Positions 41,908 to 54,457 of a DNA stretch of 64,000 bases are shown here, in pieces (within the stretch, counting starts at the first letter, position 1; every line of letters begins with the position of its first letter). The stretch is from the NCBI GenBank assembly GCA_951406725.2, contig OX597826.1, positions 7,812,001 through 7,876,000 on the forward strand, written 5' to 3'. A model generated the notes under the pieces. It was not told the origin of the DNA and did no database searches. It saw nothing but the letters and a program-made list of their open reading frames with translations. Made by a program: the position numbers and the translations under genes. The DNA is from Octopus vulgaris. Its lineage: Eukaryota.

Positions 41908-42520
41908 GTGACCACATAAACCAAAAAAGAGGTATAAGGACTTGCTGAAGGCTTCCTTAAGGGATGCTTGCATCTCTCCTGACACATGGGAAGGCATAGC
42001 TATTGATCGTAGAAGGTGGAGAAGGATTGTGCACGAGGGGACAGCCACTTTTGAGAAATCTCGAGTTGCACATGAGAAAGTAAGGAGGGATGTCAGGAAG
42101 GGCATCTCTGTTACACTTCCAGATGGGAAGGGTCTTCCTATGATGATGACATGCAGTGTCTGTGCAAGACCCTGCCTCAGTAAAGCTGGACTCAAGAGTC
42201 ATCTTCGTAGTCATAAAACGAGACAGATGAGTGACAACCTGGCCACTGGTGGTGTAACACACCATACTAATCATATCTGTCGGGAATGTGGAAGAGAGTG
42301 TAATTCGGCAGGAGGACTTAAACGACATGCAAAGGTACATGAAGCCCAGTTACAACTACAGCCGGCTATTACCAGTAAAGGTATCAGTTGCCAATTCTGT
42401 ACAAGACATTGTAGATCTTTAGCTGGGTTAAAAAGTCACATTCGATCACAGCATTGCACGATAAAAACATTGATTAAACTTCGTACAATGGCCATACTCG
42501 ATAACGAGGGGGCAGCCACC
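41908..42520 (+). mobile_element. RTE-type LINE 3' end encoding three C2H2 zinc fingers, within (TATG)n
   Basis: PKKRYKDLLKASL..TWEGIAIDRRRWRRIVHEG (RTE C-terminus), then CSVC..GLKSHLRSH, CREC..GLKRHAKVH and CQFC..GLKSHIRSQH; (TATG)n on both sides. Confidence 0.88.
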
Positions 42521-42555
<35 letters not shown>

Positions 42556-42595
42556 TGTATGTATGTATGTATGTATGTATGTATGTATGCATGAG

Positions 42596-43980
42596 TGAAT
42601 CTGCATGGAACGAATCGTCAGAAAGAAACTGATAACATTCCAAGCAGAAAATGACTTGCTGAACTCTATGCAGCGTGATTTCTGCCAAGGAAGACGTTGT
42701 TTCACACAATTCGTACGGCATGGTGATTGCATTTTGAAGCAGATACTCGACCATTCAAAAGTCGATGTGATTTGTCTGGACTTTGCAAACGCTTTTGGCA
42801 AGGTGGATCATGGCATGATAAATCAGAAGGTGCGAAATCATTGCATAAGTTGTAACTAAGTGAAGTTGCAACATAACTTCTTAAAAATATAAAAGTCAGG
42901 CAGATGCAGCTAATGGCACTCTTTCTATGCAATCACAAACACCGAAAGGAATCCCTCAAAGAAGTCTCATGTAACCTTACTGTTTATAATGGTTCATTTA
43001 TACAGGGTCATCTTATTCAGACAGCCACTGACACTAACTATACTTATGATACAAAATTATCAGAAATTGCATTGATGATGCCGCAAGCTTGTAACGGAAC
43101 CTGAATGCAATAAACAAGTGGACTGGGAAAAACCACGTTCTTCTCTATGGTGGAACAATTCAAGCAATGCGTTGTCAGCTCACAAAAACATCACAGACTC
43201 CATGTGTTTGACCCGAGGGTGCTGCAATCCCAAAGTCACAGACAGTGAGAAACTTGAGGATCACTACGTGTTATGATACGTCTTTTCATATGCACATTAC
43301 GAAGATGGCAACAAAGTATATACCAAAGGACCAAGATGTCACGTTGACTCTGTGGAAGACCTTTGTTTTCAACCCTCTGGACTACTGACCTAAGTGTGAA
43401 ACTAACAACGAAGCTTGAATCGATTCAATGCTTTTACGCTGAAAAGATTGCTACAGGACAGCAGATGAACTACAGTGAGAAGCTCAGAAGATTAAGATAT
43501 TTCTTTTATTCCAGAAGCAAATACGTGAGAATTATGTTACAATTTACATGCGGAAACTTCTTCAAGTGCTAGTAGCTAACTTTCACATCAGGATGTATAC
43601 AAATACCCGTACAAAAAGAAGAAATCGTGTAGAAACAAAGTTTCCGTCCACTCCATTTAAAATTAGGACCATGTACTGCAATAGCTTGGGATTCAAATGC
43701 TCACATCTCTTCAATGCTCTGCCAAAAGAATTAAGAAGACTACACAATGTGAATGTGGATGTGGAAAGCAAATCGGACATTTTCTTATTCGTGATATCAC
43801 ATCAAGCAACGTCTAAGCATAACGTACAAACGAGTGTGACTGTATTAAACACCGTCAAACACGAAATTAGCTTACAGCCAAGAAAAATGCATGGAAATGT
43901 GAGGATATGAAATCCCACGACGCAGAAGATATAAAGCATATAAGAGGGCTTTTGAAAGGGTTAAAAGAGACGGTGGTGCT
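42596..43980 (+). mobile_element. Decayed CR1-like LINE (RT to 3' end)
   Basis: [41 protein letters not shown]; C-terminal NSLGFKCSHLFNALPKELRRL. Confidence 0.82.
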
Positions 43981-44037
43981 CCACAATGACCGCAGCAGCA
44001 TGGCTGATACACGCGCACGTACACACACACACACACA

Positions 44038-44926
44038 CAGAGTGCGACGGGTAATTGTCAACATTTTTGTATTTTTAATTTAGCTCATGCGCTTTGTTTC
44101 TTTTCGATTTTGTCGACTACACAGTATAGTAGGGTCCGTTGGGCACCGTCTGTGAGAAAAACAACACCATAAAGCAATTCATTCTGCCAGAAATTTGGAA
44201 ACGACATGCTGTGCTTCTTGGCATTCGCGCCGGAAGCTTCAATACGAACATTTCATAGTGTTTGGGTGTCAATCTGAAGACAGTGAAAACTGAGGGCATG
44301 TATCAAGAGTGTTGAAAATCAAACATCCAGTCAATATCATGGTGTTTGGAGGGATCACTAGCAATGGTGACGTTACGCCTCCATTCATCTCTCCACATGG
44401 CCTCAGACTCAACACAAAGGCCTACATCGAGTGCCTGGAGGAGGTAATGCTGCCTTGGGTCGAGAGGGTGGCTAATAGAAGACATTCCTTCTGGCAACAG
44501 GACTCTGCACAATGCCACATAAACAGGAGAACCCAGTCATGGCTGTCAGACAATTTCTGTGACCACATCACCCCTAACATCTGGCCACCCAACTCACCAG
44601 ACTCCAAACCCCTTGATTACTATGTGTGGGACGCAATTGAGAGAGAGACCAACAAAACTCCTTGTTGCACCAAAGATGAACTGAAGGCAAGGATTATGAC
44701 AGCATTCACCAATTTAAACAAGGAAACCGTCCAGAAGATTTGCAAGAGATTCCGAAGTCGTCTGGATGCCATGGTTGAAACCAATGGCAATTCTATTGAA
44801 TGAGTTTACTCTTTAGCATTTCAAGATATTTTTCTGTAATTTTCGTAAATATATCTGCTGAAATGAGATGTCAGTGTTATTTTCAATTTTGCGTAACGTA
44901 GACAACAGTTTATTCACCGCACCCTG
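44038..44926 (+). mobile_element. Tc1/mariner DD37D (maT/mori) element, internally deleted
   Basis: ORF 44309-44803: IMVFGGI, WQQDSAQCH..WPPNSPDSKPLDYYVW, with 37 residues between the second and third Asp; ends CAGAGTGCG and CGCACCCTG-TA. Confidence 0.88.
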
Positions 44927-44933
44927 TATATAC

Positions 44934-45008
<75 letters not shown>

Positions 45009-45557
45009 TGTGTGTGTGTGTATGTGTATAGAGAAAGAGAGAGAAGGAGAGAGGGAGAGAGGGAGGGAGAGAGCGATTTAAGAAGTTTCTTAAGCAACTA
45101 ATATTTTCGTTATGTGATTATATTGCTCAAAAAGGCGCCATTGTGTAAACAGAACGGGATGTTAATTACTTAAAGAAGATAATTCAAGGGAGAAAAGGGG
45201 AAAGGGGAAAGGTGAAGCGATAAGAAAGTGTAGCATAAATAATAATCAGATATAATGTTGTTTGTATATTACTTGTTCTCACACACTCACGCATACAGAC
45301 GTAACTGCGTAACATAAAGTTAGACAGGCCTGCCAATGCACAATAAACTTATACAGAAACATAAATAACAGTTATACGTATATGCCATCGCTCACCCATA
45401 CACACACATGCTTGCTTACATGCGCACGCACGCACAAACAGTAAATATATATACACTTACATACACATGCACATATACACATATGCAAGCGTGCATATAT
45501 ATATACATATTTACACATGCACATATACATATGTGCATGCACGTATGTATATATACG

Positions 45558-45645
<88 letters not shown>

Positions 45646-45714
45646 AGAGTACACACAAAATGCGAAACAAGGTGGAAAGAACACTTATCGAATACCAGAG
45701 GTAGAGTAATATGT

Positions 45715-45813
45715 TTTATTAAAAATTAGCAGAAATATCACAAGAGCTGTTGCACAGAGTTTCACGTGAAACTCTGAGTACAAGTTTTTATATTTCTGCA
45801 GCTTTTTAATAAA
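45715..45813. repeat. Foldback with perfect 22-bp central palindrome
   Basis: CAGAGTTTCAC|GTGAAACTCTG at 45755-45776 with imperfect outer arms. Confidence 0.8.
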
Positions 45814-45814
45814 G

Positions 45815-45944
<130 letters not shown>

Positions 45945-46038
45945 TACACACAAGTATACATACTAATAGAAATACATTCACATCAAACATAAACGGACAT
46001 ATACATCAGCATAAATAAACACAAATACACACTCATGA

Positions 46039-46078
<40 letters not shown>

Positions 46079-46249
46079 CACGCACACACACACAAGCACA
46101 CACACACACACATACATATATATATATGTATGTATGTATGTATTATGTGTGATCGTGTTCTGTTGTTAAAATCAAGATACGTGAATCATACGAAGTCATA
46201 TGAAGATCGAGATGCCCACGTGGGTAATAATCTTCAACTCCAACCGCCT

Positions 46250-46498
46250 CTTGCGTCTGGTATCATATGTCTAGACTTAAAGGACATATGCTAATTCACT
46301 AAATATTCCAGCAGAATCATATTCCAAAGAGCAAATATGTAGAAGAATCTTGAATATCTGTCTCTTGTGTTTAAAACGCTGTCAACCAGCAGATGGTCTT
46401 AAAAGTCACCTGAGTGCTCATCATCGGAGGGATCGTGTTGTAAGATGGCGTGTAGTGAGTGTGCTGATGGAACGGCTATCATCTGTCAAGATGAAGCA

Positions 46499-46502
<4 letters not shown>
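46250..46502 (+). mobile_element. Second, decayed RTE 3' end with C2H2 finger(s)
   Basis: CLLCLKRCQPADGLKSHLSAH and an upstream LKGHMLIH relic; ends at (TA)n. Confidence 0.55.
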
Positions 46503-46539
<37 letters not shown>

Positions 46540-46626
46540 CAATGAAGTTCCAACTTGGTCTGATTTTCAAAATTTGTAATTATTTTTACAATTTTACAAT
46601 TTACAATTTCATAATATTGAAAAGAA

Positions 46627-46668
46627 ATGAACTAGTACTTTCATGCGTTACGCATTCATCAGGTTCAT
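46627..46668 (-). ncRNA. Intact minimal type I hammerhead ribozyme
   Basis: atgaac CUGAUGA atgcg-taa-cgcat GAAAG UA CUA gttcat: 6-bp stem I, 5-bp stem II, palindromic stem III AGTACT. Confidence 0.85.
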
Positions 46669-46730
46669 GTAGTGACAGCCGTGTTCCATAATTGAGACAG
46701 TTGTCAATTGTGGAACACAGCTGTCACTAC

Positions 46731-46772
46731 ATATACCTGAGGACTGCGTAACGTATGAAAGTACTAGTTTAT
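46731..46772 (+). ncRNA. Minimal hammerhead, partner arm
   Basis: atatac CUGAGGA ctgcg-taa-cgtat GAAAG UA CUA gtttat; a few stem mismatches. Confidence 0.7.
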
Positions 46773-47944
46773 TTCAATATTGTCAAATTGAAAATTGTAA
46801 AATTGTAAACATTGCAAATAGTAATATATGAAAATCAGTTGTCATTTCATTGGTTAATATATATATTTTTTTATATATAATCATACAAATTCTTATACAT
46901 GTATACACAGACGCACGTTCACACGCACACACACACACGAATAGTTATGCATTGATTGGAGTAAATAAGATTAAAATTTTTTTTGAGAAAATGCTGACAT
47001 GGCGGACTGTAAGCCGTTACCTGTATCATGATGATTCGCGCCGGTTATCAAAATGGACGTTTACCTTCTACTTTGAATGCTCGGCCGCTTTTGTTGTAAC
47101 TGAGCGTATAAAGCAAGTAAGTTACCAAAATATCCCAAAACGTTAGATTCAACACAATATATGGGACGAGTGGAGAATAAACACAAAAAATCAGCCTACA
47201 GTATCAAGGCAGAGCTGGTGGTCAAGATCTAGGAGGAGTTTGAAGATCTTCCTGGGAACCCAATAAAGAACACATGTGCCAGGTTCTGAGGGCAGCTACT
47301 TTGAGAAACTGTTAACTCCTAACAATAATCTAGTTCATATATGTTTTTTTTTCATTTTTTTATGGGATATTATGTTTTCTTATCTTTTTATACAAACTCT
47401 CAAATTTATCCCAACCATCCTGTATGGGAAATAATATTCCAACCACATATACTAATGGTACATTGAAGAACATCCGCTAAAATTTTGAAATCAGGTACCA
47501 GTGCAGCAGTTTAGTAAAATACGACCTTCCTTCTCCTGCAAAACCTTTCTCGTTAAAACATGCACGAAAATCTATTTACTAAAACCATTTTTTATGTGAA
47601 AACTTTTTTCTGCACAAAAAATTATCAATAAAATGTGTTTCTCTCTGTTATTTGTGGGAAACATGTGAAACTATACGCAAATATATTTACAGTAAGACTA
47701 TTATACGAAAACATAATTTTGTATATTTATTTTTATATGCAAATATATCACAGAAATATTTATCAGCTATGTTAAAAAATAAAAATTGTCCAATATTCAA
47801 AGATATGTACACAGTAACAAAATTGTATTCACACTTCAGGGAAAGAAAAAATGTGTGGAAATATTTTAATATTGAATTTATTCAGACATTATACTAATAA
47901 TACAAATTATCTTTAACCTGTTTTTGTTTCTTTTATGTGGACAA

Positions 47945-48980
47945 AGCAGTCAATTTACCTAGGGAGGAGAAAATTGTTCAATGTCTGATGTAAAATGTCA
48001 TTAAATGATATAAAAGAACTATTGGGTTGTACGGAAAGTTCGTGCCGATTTTTAAAGGAAAGGTAAAGGTCAAGAAATACTTGCCATTACATTTTTAATC
48101 AACCAAATATAAACCATTTTGTTGCACAATGCATAACCATCTTTCCTTTAACTTGAAAAAAACGCCTCTTCCCAGAATTAAGGTGGTTTCATGGCAAAAA
48201 ATTCCTCAAGGGATCTTTTTACGTCACCCAAGGAATCGAAATTTTTACCATTAAGATTATTCTGCAGAGACCTGAATAAGTGGAAATCCGAAGGAACAAT
48301 ATCTGGTGAATATGGAGGGTGGGGTAACACATCCCAGCCGAGCTGCAGCAAATCTTGTCTTGTTCCCAAAGCATCAAGTGACGAAAATGAACTTTCTTAT
48401 CTTCCATTTTAAAGGGTTACAAAATTAACACAGGTTATAGGAACATAAACCTCCCTCCACGAAAAGATAGCTTAAACTGTGCTCTAATAAGAGGTGTAGT
48501 CAAATCCTATTTTATGGACTCAACCATGTTCTAAAATAAATCGAAAGGTAAGGTACTATAAATCGGCACAAACTTTCCGGACAACCCAATATTTTTGTTT
48601 GAAGGCATGTTAATGGTCAAGCGTACCTAAAAATGCTACGCATATCCATTTTACCTGGTATAAATACATTTTGCACAAGACGGCACCGCCACACTATTGC
48701 TGAGACGAGCGAGCTTACCTAGATGAGAATTTACAAGGGCACTAGATAACACGAAGGGGTGAAGTTGATTTCCTCTTACGTCCTCCTGATTCAACACCTA
48801 CAGACTTTTAATTATGGAGCACCCTAAAGTATGTCTGGCAACACTAGCGGCTCTTCGGGAGGAAACCGAAATGGAATGTGCCGCCATCTCACTGGACACT
48901 TTAGCCAGCATTGCCCAAGCAGCAGCTCATCGACCTAATACCTGGAAGCTTTTGACTACCACTTTCAGCACCTTATGAAA
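47945..48980 (+). mobile_element. Decayed DD41D (rosa-type) transposase, interrupted by a mariner MITE
   Basis: NV*CKMSLNDIKEL|FLFEG/VNGQAYLKMLRISILPGI reads across the insertion; QDG/APPHY..RAYLDENLQGH*ITRRGEVDFLLRPPDSTPTDF has 41 residues between the Asps after one frameshift correction. Confidence 0.75.
48022..48589 (-). mobile_element. Non-autonomous mariner, second copy of the 11329-11880 family
   Basis: 30-bp TIRs TTGGGTTGT(A/C)CGGAAAGTT(C/T)GTGCCGATTT, TA duplications, and the same MEDKKVHFRHLML-to-LPHPPYSPD junction. Confidence 0.95.
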
Positions 48981-49110
48981 TTGGAAAGGTTAAATGTGAT
49001 TTGTATCAATCTTGTGATGTCAGGAAAAATTTAGCATTAACACATTTTTATACGTTTTTCTTATATACGTATATAGACGTATATATGTATATACGTCAAT
49101 TGTATATACA

Positions 49111-49239
<129 letters not shown>

Positions 49240-49368
49240 TACATACATATATATTTACGCACAGAAGCACATATATATATATATATATGAAATACGTATG
49301 TATATATACGCACACATACATTTAGCACATTTTCAACTCTTTTATGATATATATGTTGCGTGTGCACA

Positions 49369-49475
<107 letters not shown>

Positions 49476-50872
49476 TATTCACGAACTATGTATATATACA
49501 CAAATATCACATATGAGTGTCTATACGTGTGCAAGACAGAGGGCAGAAGAGAAATAAATGTGTTCGCAATGAATTTCATAAAGATTCCGTTCTCATAAAA
49601 CTTATATAGTTATAGCTATGAATAAACTGATTTCCATCTTCAAATTGGAAAAATATGAAGCAAATACAGACATTGTTTTAAATGTTAGCTTTATGAGTAG
49701 GTTGAGTGAGCCGTACAGTATGTGACAAGAGCTAGTAACGTGTAATATAGGGTAAAATATCCGCCAAAGTCGATAGCAAATTTACATGATCTTCCCGATA
49801 ATGGACATTGCGAACAAGCATAGTGTGTTTAATAAAAAGTTGTGTCTAAGCATTCGTGATGTTTTGGGGTGAAAATATTTTTAAAATCCCCCGAAGATAT
49901 CTCGTGTTCTCGCAAAATTAGAGCCAGATCGTATAGTTGAAAATCAGATGGGAGAGCCGAGTTACAGTCTATGAAGAGATGTTGGATTGTTTGAATTCTG
50001 GTGAAAGCTTTCCGTACATTTTCATAAATGCATGGATACTTAGATGTGTAGCAACGATATCAAAAGAAAAAATGTCAGCGTTGCCGTTTGTTGGATCATC
50101 TACACCATAACCAAAACAGCAAAGTTCGTTTGATTTCCTTAAAAGTTAAGTAGTTTATATTCCTTTGGTTATTGCATCGGCGACGTTCATCAAGAGTTTG
50201 TTCCATTTAGTCAAGCGATAAATAAAATGTTTGCTCGGATATCCTGAGGCGAATGTAAGCGTGATCTGGGTGTTGTACAACGGTTACTCAATATCTGCAA
50301 AACGATTCCTGGCTCTCAAAAGTGGATGTAACCAATGTGAAAGTGACCAGTTTCATTAAACTGTAAGAGGAAGAAAACAAACCTTTTAACAATTTGATAC
50401 TGTTTAGGGTGGCGTAGGGTTGGCTGTGAGGAAAGACGTTTGCTTCTTAAACACATGGCTCCGGGTTCAGTTCCACTGTGTGTATGAGTGTGTGTGTGTG
50501 TGTATGTGTGTGTAGGTGTGTGTATGTGTGTGTGTGGGCGTGTGTATGTGTATGTGTTTGTGACTTTTGCTTGCAATAACCAGTTCTTTTGGTCAAACTA
50601 TCGTATCTCCAGATGCTTCAGATGCCAAGACATCAAAATTTGTCAAAGTGTAGTACAACGGTTTTTCTATCGAATGGTGAGACTATTTTTTCTTTTTCTG
50701 AAAAAGCAACGTTTTGGACCCATGACACCTTTGCATAGTAGCAACGATATACATAGCAACGATGGAAAGAAATGTGATTTATTGTCAAAGTTTGAAAGAT
50801 TTTTGTTATAAGTATTGTCGATCAGATTTGATCTGTTGTCATACTGCAGCTATAACTTCAGCAGCACGACAG

Positions 50873-51253
50873 TGGGGGTGCAATGGCCCCGTGGTTAGGG
50901 CAGCGGACTCGCGGTCGGAGGATCGCGGTTTCGATTACCAGACCGGGCGATGTGTGTGTTTATTGAGCGAAAACACCAAAAGCTCCACGAGGCACCGGCA
51001 GGGGGTGGTGGCGACCCCTGTTGTGCTCTTTCGCCCTAACTTTCTCTCCCCCTTTCTTCCTGTTTCTTGTCCCCGACTTCCTACGCAACCGCTGAGCCTG
51101 GATGCGCATTCATCCATCCGTCGATGCACTTAATGTCGGGGGTTGACCTGCTTTCTCTTCTGCCGGTCTTACGAATAGCAAAGGACCACGTTTTGGACTT
51201 CTCCCATCTTGCGATCTCTGGGACGAAGACCGTTCGCTCAACAGCAATAGGAA
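50873..51253 (+). mobile_element. SINE family D variant with target-site duplication
   Basis: Family D head and a body shared with 33025-33235; TSD CAG(C/T)AGCACGACAG at 50859-50872 and 51254-51267. Confidence 0.9.
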
Positions 51254-51607
51254 CAGTAGCACGACAGATCTTATCTGCCTTTATAAAAGATCAATCTGAA
51301 GTCAGCAAGGGTTTCGCTTCTACAATAAATGCAATAAATTGACACAACCAATCCACATGCTAGAAATAGACATGGGTAAACTTTTTTCGAGAAGTGGCGT
51401 GTATAAAACATAGCGGTACTACTAAAAAATTCCAAGCAAAGACTTCGTTGGCATGCCATTCAGAAACTCCCTTTGGCCGCAGTTTGTCTGAAAATGACCG
51501 ACACGTTGGGTGATATGCCTCTAGGTTTCCTGCAACATAGTAAAAAACACATGTGATCATATATTATCTCTATTAAGTTTGACCTGTGGTTAAATTTTTT
51601 TTTTTTA

Positions 51608-51962
51608 AACTGGCATTTCGTCGATTACGACGACGAAGCTGCCATTTGATCCAATTAACGAAACAACTGGAAAATTTAACGTGCAACTGGTTCGTAGAAT
51701 TTTACGCAATTGGCTGAGCACCCCACAGACACAAGTACTCTGCAAGTACTTCTCGGGGATATTCAACGGGACACAGAATATGATAAGAACGGCCCTTTCA
51801 ATTACTGTTACACCACATTTTTGCTAGGAGAGTGGACTGAAGCAAAATGAAAAAAAAAAAAGTGTCGTACTCAAAGACACAACGTACAGCCAGATATTGA
51901 ACACACAATCCCAAACTTACAATGGTGAGCCGAATACCCTAACTACTTAGCCACGGCGCCTT
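51608..51962 (-). mobile_element. SINE family C, decayed full length
   Basis: GAGTGGACTGAAGCAA and GAGCCGAATACCCTAACTACTTAGCCACG are reverse complements of parts of 26262-26400. Confidence 0.72.
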
Positions 51963-52453
51963 CGCTCTGATAAAATAACGATTACTGCAACAGCAACGTT
52001 TACAACAACAACAACAACTGTAAAATAACCAACACAAAAAGCTAGTTCAACTATGAAGAATTCTAAATGTGTGCATCCTAAGTGAGTGGAACTTTCTAGA
52101 AAATCACGCTTAATAAATCAAAGAGCCAATTCCTTTTCTTAATACATTTCATGTTTTATTAATATTTATCTTCCTATTTACGTATTATTGGGTTGTTTAT
52201 GTATGTATTTTTGTAATGTTTGTCCATTTATTTACTTTCTTCAATCGCTTTTTAATGCACTTATGACTTTCCATAATTTTCATAGATGAAGTCTATGATG
52301 AATCTATTTATATGTGGTTACTTGAAGCTGATCGATTATCAGTGTGCAATATTGGTTTATCTGTGAGTGTACATGTAAACGAGCTTGTGTGTGTGTATAC
52401 ATACATACATACATACATACATACGTACATACATACATACATACATACATACA

Positions 52454-52487
<34 letters not shown>

Positions 52488-52524
52488 CATACATACATAC
52501 ATACATATATACATATATACATAA

Positions 52525-52770
52525 AATATTTAGCAGACGTTATAGAGTGACTCAAGTTCCGAGGGTTCCGTGTGCTGGTACCTATCAAACTAGTCACAGG
52601 TCGAACCCTTGTGGGTTTATATAAGGCCTTTGACCTATGACTAGTTTGATAATTGTCAACGCACGAAACTCTTGGGCCTTCAGTCACTCTGTTACCGCTG
52701 CTGAATATTAATAAAATTATACATATGCTTATATCTTGAGTTCTACTTTTTCCTGTTTGCCTCAACATGT
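52525..52770. mobile_element. Foldback element with decayed hammerhead-like arms
   Basis: Arms at 52525-52605 and 52629-52709. Plus strand: agt UUGAUAA ttgt-caac-gcac GAAAC..GUC act (52643-52688). Confidence 0.75.
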
Positions 52771-53061
52771 TTATATATCACCACTAGCAACAATAATTAA
52801 GGTGCTGACAATGATGATGATGACAATTGAAATATAAAAATATAAAAATCTCTGACAAAGGCTATTTACAACATTTCTAAAAATAGCCCAACAATTGCTG
52901 CCTCGGCCAGGGTTAAGATACAGGACTCTTGACATCTTCAACAAAGCGTGACGCCTAAACCAATCAGCTCAACCAACCAATCAGCTTAAGTAATTGAGTG
53001 ATACTACACACTGATTGGTCAGAATACAGTTTGCAAAACCTAGCAATCTGGAGTCTACCAG

Positions 53062-53149
<88 letters not shown>

Positions 53150-53741
53150 AGGTGAATATAGTACTTAAGTTAAAGGCACCAAAATTTGGTATGGTATTAT
53201 CCATATAAATCAAACGGGGTGATTATAATCAAAATAAGCAATGTTGGCAAATGAAATAAGTATAAAAATGTACATTGTCCATTTAATTAAAAAATTCTAT
53301 ATGCGGTTGAAGATTACTCGACATTTTAAAACTAATGTAATGCTTACAGTGTTTAATAAAATGGAGCAGCATGAACCGATTGTACAACACACAACCTTGG
53401 GTATCCTTGTTGCTTATTTTGATATATATATATATAGCTTGCTACACACACGCACGTGAGACGCGCACGTATATATGAAGGTTAATGTCGAGCGACGAAA
53501 ATAATGAGTGTTCAACACCGCATAGGTGGGTATAATTTCTTTCTTTGTGGATTCGGGTTACCTTTGGTTTCATGTTAAATAAAGTAGGAAAATGTCCTAG
53601 AGTCTAAACAATTGTTTTGAGCCGTTCACATGAAGAAAGGAGTTCGCCTCCATTTTTGAAAACACGCCCTCGTTTATTTCGCGGAGATTCTCGTGAATTC
53701 ACGTGAATGAAACAATGAATCAAGGGACGTTACTCTTGAGT

Positions 53742-53799
<58 letters not shown>

Positions 53800-53805
<6 letters not shown>

Positions 53806-54000
53806 TAATCCAAACAAGAAAGCACAAAAAAATACAACAACGTGAGGACGTAGAACAAATATATTATTATTGGACGCTCAGGAAAGAAGGAGGGTTTAAC
53901 GTTTCGAGCGGAGCTCTTCGTCGGAAACATAGGAGAAGGAAAGATCCTGAGACGGGAAGACATAGGGAAAAATCGCCAACGGTACACACGCGGTCACATT
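53800..54000 (-). mobile_element. Solo pLTR-like unit with hammerhead variant (53894-53928)
   Basis: gttt CCGACGA a gagc-tcc-gctc GAAAC GUU aaac, followed by CCTGAGCGTCCAATAAT. Confidence 0.75.
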
Positions 54001-54244
54001 TTGAATCAATAATTTAGATATTCTTATCTTTTACTTCACCGTTCGAATCTCTTCAGGTTCCAGATTGCATTTGCTTCATCCGTATTCGAGTGTTCGACCA
54101 AAAACTAAATTAATATTTATTCCTACATCTTTAAATGATGCCGCTTAGCGAAGGCTGTAAGATGAATGGTAATCTAGTCATTTGAATCGATCGGCATATA
54201 TAATTTCTTCAATTCTTTACTTCTTTACATTCCAAGTATCTTCC

Positions 54245-54426
54245 AACGTTATTTACAGTATTTATATTCGACTGATATTTGTCCTCATCTTGTTTGTTGT
54301 TAACACAACGTTTCGACTGATATACCTTCCAGCCTTCATCAGGTGTCTTGGGGAAATTTCGAAACTGGGTTCTCATTCCTAAGGTATTTTTCGATATTAT
54401 CATTATTATTATTATTATTATTATTA

Positions 54427-54457
<31 letters not shown>

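Larger units (their letters stand above)
46537..46855. mobile_element. ~320-bp foldback element with a hammerhead in each arm
   Basis: Arms of ~155 bp are imperfect reverse complements about an apex near 46699. Confidence 0.88.

Noticed and set aside
41942-42598. Host C2H2 zinc-finger gene
   Set aside because: Begins with an RTE C-terminal motif, has no TGEKP linkers or real start, and is bounded by (TATG)n; treated as a LINE fragment.
49700-51550. Ancient L1/Tx1-like relic on the minus strand (IQTIQHLFIDC near 49960-49995)
   Set aside because: One zinc-knuckle-like motif only; the rest is too decayed to call.
52850-52905. CTGACAA + GGCTATTT/AAATAGCC stem as a hammerhead
   Set aside because: 3:8 mismatch, GAAA absent and no stem I.
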